Assembly: GCA_023397215.1 (NCBI GenBank)
Contig: JAEWUG010000032.1
Span: 1,514 to 65,513, forward strand
DNA from: Nanobdellota archaeon
Lineage (GTDB): Archaea; Nanobdellota; Nanobdellia; Pacearchaeales; GW2011-AR1
DNA length: 64,000 nt
Direction of reading: 5' to 3'
Below, one piece after another: positions 1 through 9,668 of this stretch. Each line of letters opens with the position of its first letter. The first letter of the stretch is position 1. Under the pieces are notes generated by a model that made no database searches, was not told the origin of the DNA, and was given only the letters and a program-made list of their open reading frames with translations. Both the position numbers and the translations under genes were made by a program.

Positions 1-910
1 CATTTTTTAATTCATTTAATAATTCTTTTGAATAAGATTTTACCTCTTTAAACCATGGTTGTTTGTCGTAACCCATTCTATCTCTTGAATAACCTACACT
101 TTTAAATCCTTTAATATGAATAAAGTCTGGATTTGCTTTTTTAATTAATAAAGCATATTCTTTTAAGTTCTCTTGAGACATATTTGTTATATCATTTAAT
201 TTAGGGGTGTCCCCTTTTCCCTTTTTAACTAGTGTTAATCGAATAACTCTTCTTACTTTTCCATCCAAACTATTGATTATATCTAAAGTTTTTAAAAATT
301 CTTCCCAAGCATTTTTTTTAGATGAATTGTGCCATCTTTGAAATAATTCTTTATTTGGTGCATTTAGTGAAACAGTTATTTGAGTAGGTAAACCTTTTTT
401 TTCCAATTCTTTTATTCTTGAAGGATTTTGTCCATTAGTTACTAAAAAGCTTACTGCCTTTCTTTTTCTTATTTCATTAAAGAGTTCACCTAATTTGGGA
501 TAAAGTGTAGGTTCTCCAGATAAAGACATTGTAAAAAGTTTGGGTTCTTTTGCATCTTCTAATAATTTTTTATTTACTTTTTTATTCCCTCCAAACCCTT
601 CTAATAGTTTTACTCTTTCTTTAATTATTCTGTCTAAAATTTCTTTTGGAGAATCTACTTTTCCAATATTTGTTCCTAGATTCATTTCAATAGGACGCCA
701 ACAATGAAGACAAGAATTCTCACACCACATTACTGAAGGAGTCATTTGACAACAACCGATTGTTTTAATACCATAAAATTTTTCTTTCCAACAAACACCC
801 TGGCCTCTTAATGCATTTTTTGTCCATCTACAAATTTGAACTGCAGAATGATTTCCTACAATTCTGTATTGCATTTTTTCTAGCTTTAATTTAACTTTAT
901 CAGGAATCAT
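1..910 (-). CDS. taw1: tRNA wybutosine/4-demethylwyosine synthase TYW1/Taw1 (radical SAM); C-terminus runs off the window start
   Basis: My own minus-strand translation from the ATG (complement at 908-910) gives MIPDKVKLKLEKMQYRIVGNHSAVQICRWTKNALRGQGVCWKEKFYGIKTIGCCQMTPSVMWCENSCLHCWRP... It contains a CxxxCxxC radical-SAM cluster (CENSCLHC) and an LSGEPTLYP segment typical of TYW1. The ORF has no stop before position 1, and was absent from the ORF track because it is edge-truncated. Confidence 0.75.
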   Translation of the reverse strand, partial: MIPDKVKLKLEKMQYRIVGNHSAVQICRWTKNALRGQGVCWKEKFYGIKTIGCCQMTPSVMWCENSCLHCWRPIEMNLGTNIGKVDSPKEILDRIIKERVKLLEGFGGNKKVNKKLLEDAKEPKLFTMSLSGEPTLYPKLGELFNEIRKRKAVSFLVTNGQNPSRIKELEKKGLPTQITVSLNAPNKELFQRWHNSSKKNAWEEFLKTLDIINSLDGKVRRVIRLTLVKKGKGDTPKLNDITNMSQENLKEYALLIKKANPDFIHIKGFKSVGYSRDRMGYDKQPWFKEVKSYSKELLNELKN

Positions 911-952
911 AAATTAATAAAGAAGGATTAATGTTTTAAATTTATAGATTAA

Positions 953-2335
953 TTAAATAATTCTAAATAACCAAATAACCATCATTAGAATAAATAAGAA
1001 AATAATAAATCTTCGAATAATATTAAATATAATCATTGCTGTTTTTTCTTTTTTAGTAAATTTTTCAATAGTTAAATAAAAGAATCTACCACCATCTAAA
1101 ATTCCTAAAGGTAACATATTAAATAAAGCTACTAAAAAATTGATAATCATTACCCACCAAAATAAATGATAAAAGAAATAAATTAAATCATTATTATATT
1201 TAGGTTTATAATAAGTTGAATCTTGACTAAAGCCCATTAACTCAGCTAAAAATAATTGTAATTTATTGTTTGAAGAACTAGATAAGTGGGTTATACCTAA
1301 AAAGGCTTTATCTTGATCAAGGGGATTTTTACCAAGAGTTATATTATATTCTAGAACTTCTTCTTCATATAAGGAATAAAGAGTGATATTATCATTTGGA
1401 GAATAATAAGATAATGTTTCTGAAAGTGTTTCTTGATCTTTAATTGTATAATTATTAATACCGATTATAATACCTTTTATTTTATTTAAATAAGCAGGAC
1501 TAGCATCATATGCATAAATTATTTCATAACTAGAATTTAATTGATTCATTAAATTACCTTCTAAAAAATAAGTTTGATTATTATTAATTAAATTAATTGT
1601 TGAATAATTTTCATAATGATTAATATCTTGAATTAAAGTTGAGTTTATTGGAGTTACAGCATAACTATTAAAAATAAATCCTCCAGAAGTAAAAGTTAAA
1701 TAAAAAAATCCTGTATAAATTAAATAAAATATAATAGCAAATAATACATTTGCGAAAACACCAGCACCTAATACACTCATTTGATTAAATCTATCTTTTG
1801 TATGAAAATTTTCTTTATCTTCTTCAACAAATGCTCCTAAAATAGGTCCTAAAAATGCAAGTCCTGTTGATTTTATTTTTGTTTTGCTATATCTCATATA
1901 AATTCCATGTGCAAATTCATGAACAATTGCGACAATTGCCAAAGCAACTAAGAAATAAGTAAAGTAAAAAGGTGGAAAATAACTTTCCATACCAAATAAC
2001 TCTGGGAAATAAGGAATTAAAGGAGCTATTGGCGGAGCTTTTATAGTATCTGTAATGTTTGGTTCACTAATATAGATATAAACTGTCTGTAATAACATAT
2101 AAATCATAATAGCCATTAGTAAATAACCCAATGTTACAATAACATATCTTAAATATCCTAAGATTTTATGATATTTTTCGTCGAATTTTTTCATAGAATT
2201 AATTCCCCATTTTGTTTTATATAAAAACATCCACCCATCTCTTGCTAAATTTTTTCTATTTTTATATAAGAAAAATGCTACTACTGCTGTAAATAATATT
2301 AAAAAAATTATATCATAAATAAAAAATTGTACCAT
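953..2335 (-). CDS. Site-2 protease family (M50) membrane zinc metalloprotease
   Basis: Polytopic membrane protein with an HEFAHG (HExxH) motif inside a TM segment and a large inserted loop, which is the M50/S2P architecture. Confidence 0.6.
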   Translation of the reverse strand: MVQFFIYDIIFLILFTAVVAFFLYKNRKNLARDGWMFLYKTKWGINSMKKFDEKYHKILGYLRYVIVTLGYLLMAIMIYMLLQTVYIYISEPNITDTIKAPPIAPLIPYFPELFGMESYFPPFYFTYFLVALAIVAIVHEFAHGIYMRYSKTKIKSTGLAFLGPILGAFVEEDKENFHTKDRFNQMSVLGAGVFANVLFAIIFYLIYTGFFYLTFTSGGFIFNSYAVTPINSTLIQDINHYENYSTINLINNNQTYFLEGNLMNQLNSSYEIIYAYDASPAYLNKIKGIIIGINNYTIKDQETLSETLSYYSPNDNITLYSLYEEEVLEYNITLGKNPLDQDKAFLGITHLSSSSNNKLQLFLAELMGFSQDSTYYKPKYNNDLIYFFYHLFWWVMIINFLVALFNMLPLGILDGGRFFYLTIEKFTKKEKTAMIIFNIIRRFIIFLFILMMVIWLFRII

Positions 2336-2433
2336 CTTTTTCTAATTTAAGAATAACTAATATGTTTTATAAAGTTATTTGAAAATGTAAAATAAATCCT
2401 AAAATTTATATACTATTCTAATTAAATATAATT

Positions 2434-2922
2434 ATGTTAAGAGGTAGATTAATTGAAGAACCATCATCTAAAAAGAAAATTATTTTATTTATTTTAATTG
2501 GTGTTGTGATTGTTTCTATTCTTTTGATTTTAATTTTAATAAATAATTATGAGAGATGTAATTCATGGGACTGCTTTAATTATAACTTAGAAAATTGTAA
2601 AAAAACAAAATTTGCTGGCGGGAGAGAAATGATATTTGGATATACTATTAATGGTAAGAACAAAGATACTTGTGAAATTGAAGTTGTGTTACTCCAAGGA
2701 GAATTAACAAATCAAGAAACATCAAAATTAAAAGATTTTTCTATGATCTGTAATATTCCTTTAGGTTCTATTATTTTACCTGAATCAGATTTAACCAATT
2801 GTCATGGCATTCTAAAAGAAAATTTACAAGAACAAACTATAATAAAATTACATAATTATATTTCACAAAATTTAGGACAAATAAATGCAGAAATGTTTAG
2901 CCCGTTAAATAATACAAATTAA
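2434..2922 (+). CDS. Hypothetical N-terminally anchored Cys-containing secreted/membrane protein
   Basis: N-terminal hydrophobic segment (IILFILIGVVIVSILLILILI) followed by a soluble domain with 5 Cys; no recognisable family. Confidence 0.35.
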   Translation: MLRGRLIEEPSSKKKIILFILIGVVIVSILLILILINNYERCNSWDCFNYNLENCKKTKFAGGREMIFGYTINGKNKDTCEIEVVLLQGELTNQETSKLKDFSMICNIPLGSIILPESDLTNCHGILKENLQEQTIIKLHNYISQNLGQINAEMFSPLNNTN

Positions 2923-3705
2923 ATGAAAATCAATTTTGGTCCTTCGGCACTTGGTTCTGTTAATGAAGCAATTAATACTTTAAGAGGATATTTGGAAATG
3001 GGTTTAAATGCATGTGAAATTCCTTTTACTTATAATATTTATATTAAAAAAGAAGATGCTATCAAAATTGGAGATTTTGTTAAAAAAAATAAAATAAAAT
3101 TATCAATACATGCACCTTATTTTGTAAATCTAAATTCTGAAGAAAAAGAGAAAATAGAAAATTCAAAAAAAAGGATATTAAAATGTTGTGAAATAGGTCA
3201 TTATTTAAATGCAGAAAATATTGTTTTTCATGCAGGATTTTACTCAAAAAAGTCTAAAGAAGAAACTTATGAAAATATAAAAAAGAACATAATAGAATTA
3301 CAAAAAGAGATAAAAAAAAATAAATGGAATGTTTTTCTTTGTCCTGAAATTATGGGTAAAATAAATGTTTTTGGTTCTATTGAAGAAATTTCAAGGTTAA
3401 CTAAAGAAACTAATTGTTCATTTACAATTGATTTTGCTCATGTATTAGCAAGATACAAAGAAGATAAATTTGATGAATTAAAATATGCTTTTCCTCAAAA
3501 GAATTGGCATTGTCATTTTTCAGGAATAGAATATGGAGAAAAAGGCGAGAGAAATCATATTTTAACAAGTGAGCAAAGATGGAAGGAATTATTAAAAGAA
3601 TTGAAAAAGATGGATAAGGAGTATACTATTATTAATGAATCTCCAAGCCCAGTAGAAGATTCTATTAAAGGATTAAAAATATTTAAAGAAGTAATTAAGA
3701 ACTAG
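2923..3705 (+). CDS. nfo: AP endonuclease family 2 (endonuclease IV-like, TIM barrel)
   Basis: Segments LSIHAPYFVNLNS, IVFHAGFYS, LCPEIMGK and FTIDFAHVLARY match the metal-binding strands of Endo IV / xylose-isomerase-like TIM barrels. Confidence 0.5.
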   Translation: MKINFGPSALGSVNEAINTLRGYLEMGLNACEIPFTYNIYIKKEDAIKIGDFVKKNKIKLSIHAPYFVNLNSEEKEKIENSKKRILKCCEIGHYLNAENIVFHAGFYSKKSKEETYENIKKNIIELQKEIKKNKWNVFLCPEIMGKINVFGSIEEISRLTKETNCSFTIDFAHVLARYKEDKFDELKYAFPQKNWHCHFSGIEYGEKGERNHILTSEQRWKELLKELKKMDKEYTIINESPSPVEDSIKGLKIFKEVIKN

Positions 3706-3970
3706 AAATTTTTTTAGAATTATTTTTTTTAAGATTTAATTTATCTTTCTTTTGTTCTTTTTTTTCTTCATTTTCTTCATCAAGCATTCTTTTTCTTAAT
3801 TCGTCTATTCTTTCTAAAATTAATTTTGCTTTATTAGGGTTATCTCTTGTTATATTCAAGACATATAATACTTTACGAAGAATATCATCATAACTTTCTC
3901 TTCTACTTTCTTTTAATTTTTCTAGTCTTTCTTTAGTTTCTTTTTGTAATTTTATTGTTGTAATATCCAT
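3695..3970 (-). CDS. Ribbon-helix-helix (CopG/Arc-like) putative transcription regulator with K/E-rich tail
   Basis: The N-terminus TIKLQKETKERLEKLKESRRESYDDILRKVLY fits the RHH beta-strand plus helix pattern. A perfect palindrome lies just upstream of its promoter (4000-4019). Confidence 0.45.
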   Translation of the reverse strand: MDITTIKLQKETKERLEKLKESRRESYDDILRKVLYVLNITRDNPNKAKLILERIDELRKRMLDEENEEKKEQKKDKLNLKKNNSKKISSS

Positions 3971-4115
3971 TTTTGTTATTCCTTTATTTTAATGATATAA
4001 AGTATACGATTGTATACTTTTTAAGTTTTTTTGTCATTCATTAATTACAACAAGATAACAATATTTATAAACTCTTTTCTGATTATATTATTAACTAAAT
4101 TAAAATGGTAAAACA

Positions 4116-5312
4116 ATGAAAAGTTACAAACTTTTAGTTCCATTCTTTGCAGTTCTAACTTTAATGTTAGTAAGTTTTGTTTCTGCTGCTGATTTAGCTT
4201 CATCTGTTTCAACAACATTTGATGGAGTTGAATTAAGTTCAGGTATAGAAATGGTTGGAGAATTATCTTCAGTTAGAGTACCTGTAGAAGTAGAATTTGT
4301 AGCAACAAAAGATGCAAGTGATGTTAAGGTTGTTGTAACAGTTTCTGGTTTAAAAAAAGATATCGAAGTCTCAACACAAAGATTTGATATTTTAGCTGGA
4401 AAAACATACAAAAAGGCCTTAACTGTTGAATTACCTTCTTCATTAAAAGAGTTACATCAAGATTTTACATTATATGTAAAAATTATTGATTCAACTGATA
4501 AAACTGAAGAAAGTTATTCATTAACTATGCAAAGAAACTCTTATGAATTAAGTGTATTAAGTGCTGACTTTAACACACAAGTTTCTGCTGGAGAAGTTTT
4601 TCCTATTAATGTTGTTTTAAAGAACGTTGGATTCAATAGATTAGATGATGTTTATGTAATAGTATCTATTCCTGAATTAGGCGTTTATACAAGAGCATAT
4701 GTAGGGGACTTATTAGAAAAAGAAGTATCAACAAGTGAAAAAGAAGATAGTTATAGTACTGTTGTTTACTTAAAAGTTCCAGAGAATGCTAAAGTAGGAA
4801 CTTATGAAACTTTAGTAAGAGTTTACAATTCAGATGCTGAAACAATAGTTACAAAACTTTTAACAGTTAAAGAATCTAGTGCGACAATAGTATCTCCAAC
4901 AATAAAAGATTTAGATTTAGTTGTTGGTGAAAAAACAACTTATGAGTTAATTGTTGCAAACAATGCTGATGAAGTTAGAATGTTTAATCTAAAAAGTGTT
5001 TCAGGAAGATTTTTAGATGTATCTGTTCCATCAGTAGTTACTGTTGGTGCAAATTCATATGAAGTTGTTCCTGTAAGTGTTACAGCATTAAAAGATGCAG
5101 ATTTAGGAACATACACTTTTTCAGTAGAAGTTAACAATGAACCTGTTAATTTTGTCGCAAATGTTGTTAAGACACAAGGAATTACACAAACACCTATGGT
5201 TACTTTAACAGTAATCTTAGCAGTAATCTTTGTAATACTTTTAGTAGTATTAGTAGTTTTAATGACAAAAAAGGATAAAGCTGTTGAAGAAGTAGAAACT
5301 AGTTATTATTAA
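4116..5312 (+). CDS. Cell-surface protein: signal peptide, V/T/S-rich beta-rich ectodomain, C-terminal TM anchor
   Basis: N-terminal signal peptide (MKSYKLLVPFFAVLTLMLVSFVSA), a long Val/Thr/Ser-rich region suggestive of Ig-like/CARDB-type folds, then a C-terminal hydrophobic helix followed by KKDK. Candidate S-layer or surface protein. Confidence 0.45.
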   Translation: MKSYKLLVPFFAVLTLMLVSFVSAADLASSVSTTFDGVELSSGIEMVGELSSVRVPVEVEFVATKDASDVKVVVTVSGLKKDIEVSTQRFDILAGKTYKKALTVELPSSLKELHQDFTLYVKIIDSTDKTEESYSLTMQRNSYELSVLSADFNTQVSAGEVFPINVVLKNVGFNRLDDVYVIVSIPELGVYTRAYVGDLLEKEVSTSEKEDSYSTVVYLKVPENAKVGTYETLVRVYNSDAETIVTKLLTVKESSATIVSPTIKDLDLVVGEKTTYELIVANNADEVRMFNLKSVSGRFLDVSVPSVVTVGANSYEVVPVSVTALKDADLGTYTFSVEVNNEPVNFVANVVKTQGITQTPMVTLTVILAVIFVILLVVLVVLMTKKDKAVEEVETSYY

Positions 5313-5353
5313 ATTTTAGGAATTTATTTTTTTTATTCCTTTTTTTATTTTAT

Positions 5354-6256
5354 TTATGCGGGGATTCCATCCCAATTATCACAAACACTATATGTAGTTG
5401 CAGTTGTTCCCCCTTCTTCTGGTAAAAAGATGGTATTAGATAATTGATCTATATCATTATAATGATAAAATAATAAATTATTAAAAACTGTATCAGCATT
5501 AATTATCCAAGAACTAATTGTAATATAAAACCCCTGATATGGATCAATTTCTTGAGGTAAAATAATTGTTCCTCCTAATCTATTAAAATAGTTATAAAGA
5601 GGATTTAACTTATCTAACCAATTTTCCTTTTTTGGTTTATCTTGAATAACTTTAAAGCTATTATCTAAATAACTATCTAAAGAACTATCTGAGTTCCACC
5701 ACTCTTGTTCAGTTACGGGGTGGGTGATAGAATATTTTAAGAAAGGATTATTCCCATCATTTGTTAGATAAGCCATATAACTTATTTGAGGTTGAATTTC
5801 ACTTAATAATGCTCTCTTTAAATTAATTTTATTTTCTGAATAACTATAATATTCTCTTACATCAGGAGTAAAATGAATCCTAGCACAAGTAAAACAACTA
5901 GTTGTTGCACGTAATAATTTTGAAGGAAAAATAGATGCTTCACCCCTATTGATTAAATACCAACAAGAAGCAATTGTATCCATTATTTCTTTTTGAGCTT
6001 TTTTTGTATCATTATAATTAATAGTAACTACTTGAGTCTTACAATTTAAGGGATAAGAATCTTTAAAACTTGTGAGAGGAATAGTTTCAGATAAACTTAT
6101 TTCAGGGATTGTATTTCTAATGATAATACTATTTCTACAAACATCCCAATCAGAATCTTGTCCTGTTTCATTTATCCAAATAAAAACAATAACTAATAAA
6201 AGAATTCCTAAGATTAATGAACTAATTACAGAAAAACCTATACCTCTTTTATTCAT
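5354..6256 (-). CDS. Class III signal peptide (type IV pilin-like) secreted protein
   Basis: N-terminus MNKRGIGFSVISSLILGILLLVIV is KRG followed by a hydrophobic helix, the prepilin-like pattern; the soluble domain has several Cys. Confidence 0.4.
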   Translation of the reverse strand: MNKRGIGFSVISSLILGILLLVIVFIWINETGQDSDWDVCRNSIIIRNTIPEISLSETIPLTSFKDSYPLNCKTQVVTINYNDTKKAQKEIMDTIASCWYLINRGEASIFPSKLLRATTSCFTCARIHFTPDVREYYSYSENKINLKRALLSEIQPQISYMAYLTNDGNNPFLKYSITHPVTEQEWWNSDSSLDSYLDNSFKVIQDKPKKENWLDKLNPLYNYFNRLGGTIILPQEIDPYQGFYITISSWIINADTVFNNLLFYHYNDIDQLSNTIFLPEEGGTTATTYSVCDNWDGIPA

Positions 6257-6318
6257 ATTATTTTAAAAAAACGAATATTAATAAATCTTTACAAAATAAT
6301 TAATCTTATAAGGATTTA

Positions 6319-7185
6319 ATGAATTTTAATAAGATGAAAGATATAATTGAATTAATTAATTTTGGGATTATTAATATAGATAAACCAATTGGCCCAACAA
6401 GTTTTAGTATTAGTAATTATGTTAGACGAGAATTTAATTTAAACAAGACATCTCATTTAGGAACATTAGACCCAAAAGTAAGTGGAGTGTTACCAATAGC
6501 ACTGGGTAGAGCATGTAAATTAGCAGGATTTTTAATAGGCAATGATAAAAAATATGTAGGTATACTTCATACTCATAAAGAACAAGATATAAATGAATTA
6601 CAGAGAATAATTAATATTCATTTTTTAGGAAAAATAAAACAAATTCCACCTCATAAAAGTGCTGTTAAAAGAGAGGAAAGAATTAGAGAAGTATTTGATT
6701 GGAAATTATTAGAATCTTCAAAAACTAAAAAAGATTTTTTATTTTATTGTAAGGTCCAAGGAGGAACATATATTAGGAAATTATGTAGTGATTTAGGAGA
6801 ATATATTGAAGGAGCTCATATGAGTGAATTAAGAAGAACAAAGGCAGGATATTTTGATGAAGAAAAGATGTATACCTTATATGAATTAGATGAAGCAATT
6901 TTGAAATATAAAAAAGGAGATGATGAACAGTTAAAAAATATGATTATACCAGCCATAGAGATAATTAAAAAGAAGTTTAAAATAATTTATGTTAAAAAAG
7001 AAGTTGTAAAAAGTTTGTTGACTGGAAAACCATTATTAAAGAATCATGTTTTAGACTTAAAACAAATTGAAAAATTAGATGAGGGAGAAGAATTTGCAAT
7101 TTTTGAAGGAGAAAAATTTATAGAAATTGCAAAAAAAGTTACACAAAATAGTGTTATAGCAAAATCTCTTTTTGTATATAATTAA
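6319..7185 (+). CDS. cbf5: tRNA/rRNA pseudouridine synthase Cbf5 (TruB family with PUA domain)
   Basis: GTLDPKVSGVLPIALGRACKL catalytic-Asp motif, an N-terminal IDKPIGPTS segment, GGTYIRKLCSDLG...GAHMSELRR, and a C-terminal PUA-like domain. Confidence 0.8.
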   Translation: MNFNKMKDIIELINFGIINIDKPIGPTSFSISNYVRREFNLNKTSHLGTLDPKVSGVLPIALGRACKLAGFLIGNDKKYVGILHTHKEQDINELQRIINIHFLGKIKQIPPHKSAVKREERIREVFDWKLLESSKTKKDFLFYCKVQGGTYIRKLCSDLGEYIEGAHMSELRRTKAGYFDEEKMYTLYELDEAILKYKKGDDEQLKNMIIPAIEIIKKKFKIIYVKKEVVKSLLTGKPLLKNHVLDLKQIEKLDEGEEFAIFEGEKFIEIAKKVTQNSVIAKSLFVYN

Positions 7186-7243
7186 TGGCTTAAACATTTT
7201 AGAAAACAACAATCTATAAAAAAGAAATTTATTTAAGATAATT

Positions 7244-9289
7244 ATGGATAAAGAGTTAGACAATAATAATGATTCTTTAGGACAATTTAATCAAGAAGAA
7301 TTTTTAATGGAAGCCAAGAGTTTTTTTGAAATGAATCGAAAAGAAATTGGTGATGCTGCAAAATCTGGTGAGAAAATAGTTAAGATTGATTTTCAAGAAT
7401 TTAGTGAATTTTCTCCAAAATTATCCGAATATTTATTAGAAAGACCTGAAGAAACTATTCAAATTTTAGAAGTTGCTTTAGAAGAATTAGAATGGGCACC
7501 TAAAAAAGCAAGAGTGAGATTTACATCTATTTCTCCATTACAAGAGATGTTTATTCGAAATATTAGAGCAGTTAATTTAGGGAAATTAATAGGTATAGAA
7601 GGTATTGTTAGACAAGCAAGTGAAGTTAGACCATTAGTTACAAATGCACGTTTTGAATGTCCAAGTTGTGGAACTATTATTTCTGTTTTACAATTTGATA
7701 AAAAATTCAAAGAACCTAGTAGATGTAGTTGTGGTAGAAGAGGAGGTTTTAAATTATTAGATAAAGAAATGGTTGATGCTCAAGTTTTAACAATTGAAGA
7801 AGCAAGTGATAATTTAAGTGGTGGAGAACAACCAAAAAGAATGACTATTTATCTAAAAGAAGATTTAGTTGATCCAAAAATGGAGATGAGAACAACACCA
7901 GGAAGTCGTGTTAAAATAATTGGAATTTTGAAAGAAATTGCTTTAACTTCATCAAGTGGAGCTTTACTTACAAGATTTGACTTAGCAATTGAAGCAAATA
8001 ATATTATTCCTTTAGAAGAAAGTTTTGAAGATATTAAGATCAGTGAAGAAGATGAAAGAGAAATAAAAGAATTAGCTGCTGATCCTAAAATTGTTGAAAG
8101 AATGGTAGACAGTATCGCCCCTTCAATTTGGGGTCATGAAAATGTGAAAAAAGCATTAGCTTTGCAATTATTTAGCGGAGTAAAAAAAGTTAGAAGTGAT
8201 GGAACAAAAATGAGAGGAGATATTCATGTTTTATTAGTTGGTGATCCTGGTGTTGCAAAATCAGTTATGCTTTCTTTTATATCAAAAATTGCTCCAAAAG
8301 CAAGGTATATTTCAGGAAAATCTGCTACTGGTGCTGGTATTACAGCTACTGTAGTAAAAGATGAAATCTTAAAAGGGTGGAGCTTGGAAGCAGGTGCAAT
8401 GGTTTTAGCAAATAAAGGTGTTGTTTGTATTGATGAATTTGATAAAATGAATGAAGAAGATAGGAGTGCTATGCATGAAGCTATGGAACAACAAACAGTA
8501 ACTATTTCAAAAGCAACAGTTCAAGCAACATTACGTTCTCAAACATCTGTTTTAGCTGCTGCAAACCCTAAATTTGGTAGATTTGATCCAACACAACCAA
8601 TTCCAAAACAAGTAAATTTAGCACCTTCTTTATTGTCAAGGTTCGATGCTATTTTTATTATGAGAGATATTCCTAAAAGAGATAGAGATGAATCAATTGC
8701 ATTACATGTATTAAAAGAACACCAACATGAACATAAACCAACAATGATTGATAAAGACATACTTAGAAAATATATTTCTTATTCTAAAACAAAATATGAT
8801 CCTGTATTAACTGATGAAGCTATTGAAGAAATGAAAAATTTCTATGTTAGTTTAAGAAGTCAAGCATATGATGATGAAAGTGCTGTTAAAGCTATTCCAA
8901 TAGGTGCAAGACAATTAGAAGCATTAGTAAGATTAGCTGAAGCCCATGCAAGAATTAGATTACATAAAGAAGTAAAAGTTGAAGATGCAAAAGTTGCAAT
9001 TGAAGTTATGAGAAGTTATTTGCTAGAAGTAGGTTATGATGAAGAAACTAAAAAAATTGATATTGATAAAATTAGTGGGAACACTGCTTCTCAAAGAAAT
9101 AAGATTGTAATTGTAAGAGATATTATAGCAGATTTAGAAAAAAGACTTGGAAAATTAATTCCATTAGAAGAACTTGAAAAAGAATTAGAAGGAAAAATGA
9201 GTCAAGTTGAAATTGAAGAAACAATTGACAGGTTATTAAAATCAGGAGATTTATTTAGGCCTAAAAGAGGATTTATTCAAAAGATGTGA
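7244..9289 (+). CDS. mcm: MCM replicative helicase
   Basis: Zn finger CPSCG...CSCG, Walker A IHVLLVGDPGVAKS, Walker B CIDEFDKM, sensor/arginine finger SVLAAANP and SRFDAIFI, and a C-terminal wHTH. Confidence 0.9.
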   Translation: MDKELDNNNDSLGQFNQEEFLMEAKSFFEMNRKEIGDAAKSGEKIVKIDFQEFSEFSPKLSEYLLERPEETIQILEVALEELEWAPKKARVRFTSISPLQEMFIRNIRAVNLGKLIGIEGIVRQASEVRPLVTNARFECPSCGTIISVLQFDKKFKEPSRCSCGRRGGFKLLDKEMVDAQVLTIEEASDNLSGGEQPKRMTIYLKEDLVDPKMEMRTTPGSRVKIIGILKEIALTSSSGALLTRFDLAIEANNIIPLEESFEDIKISEEDEREIKELAADPKIVERMVDSIAPSIWGHENVKKALALQLFSGVKKVRSDGTKMRGDIHVLLVGDPGVAKSVMLSFISKIAPKARYISGKSATGAGITATVVKDEILKGWSLEAGAMVLANKGVVCIDEFDKMNEEDRSAMHEAMEQQTVTISKATVQATLRSQTSVLAAANPKFGRFDPTQPIPKQVNLAPSLLSRFDAIFIMRDIPKRDRDESIALHVLKEHQHEHKPTMIDKDILRKYISYSKTKYDPVLTDEAIEEMKNFYVSLRSQAYDDESAVKAIPIGARQLEALVRLAEAHARIRLHKEVKVEDAKVAIEVMRSYLLEVGYDEETKKIDIDKISGNTASQRNKIVIVRDIIADLEKRLGKLIPLEELEKELEGKMSQVEIEETIDRLLKSGDLFRPKRGFIQKM

Positions 9290-9319
9290 TTAATTAACTA
9301 AAAACTTAAAAAGTATATA

Positions 9320-9667
9320 TTGCTTTGTATATACATGACTGATTTATTTGATAATACAATATTATGTAAAGATTGCAATAAAAAAATGCAACAAGTTATA
9401 ATAATAAAAAATGGATTTAAAATAAGAGAATTGAGATGTCCTTCTTGTTCAAATAAAATAACTCATCCAGAAGATTTAAAAGAATATGAAACATTTTTGA
9501 ATTTAAAGCAAAAACAATATCAAGTAAAATTAAGATTTGTTGGAAATAGTTATATTGTAAGTATTCCAAGAGAAATTGTTAATTTTTTGAATGAACAAGA
9601 AAAAGAATTAAATAATTTGGTGAATTTATGTTTAGAGGATATTGGAAGAATATCTTTAAGATTTTAA
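9320..9667 (+). CDS. Zn-ribbon plus AbrB/SpoVT-like (swapped-hairpin) putative DNA-binding protein
   Basis: CKDCNKKM...CPSCSNK zinc ribbon followed by KLRFVGNSYIVSIPREIVNFL, which resembles the AbrB/MazE looped-hinge-helix. The true start is probably the internal Met (MTDLFDN...). The stop lies 2 nt before the cdc48 start. Confidence 0.4.
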   Translation: MLCIYMTDLFDNTILCKDCNKKMQQVIIIKNGFKIRELRCPSCSNKITHPEDLKEYETFLNLKQKQYQVKLRFVGNSYIVSIPREIVNFLNEQEKELNNLVNLCLEDIGRISLRF

Positions 9668-9668
9668 A

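Noticed and set aside
4124-5137. Minus-strand ORFs (4124-4411, 4940-5137) within the surface-protein gene
   Set aside because: Antisense to a long ORF with signal peptide and coherent domain structure; the T/S-rich translations are a compositional artefact.
7075-8760. Small antisense ORFs within cbf5/mcm (7075-7263 -, 7459-7710 -, 8539-8760 -)
   Set aside because: Embedded in and antisense to strongly supported genes; no motifs.
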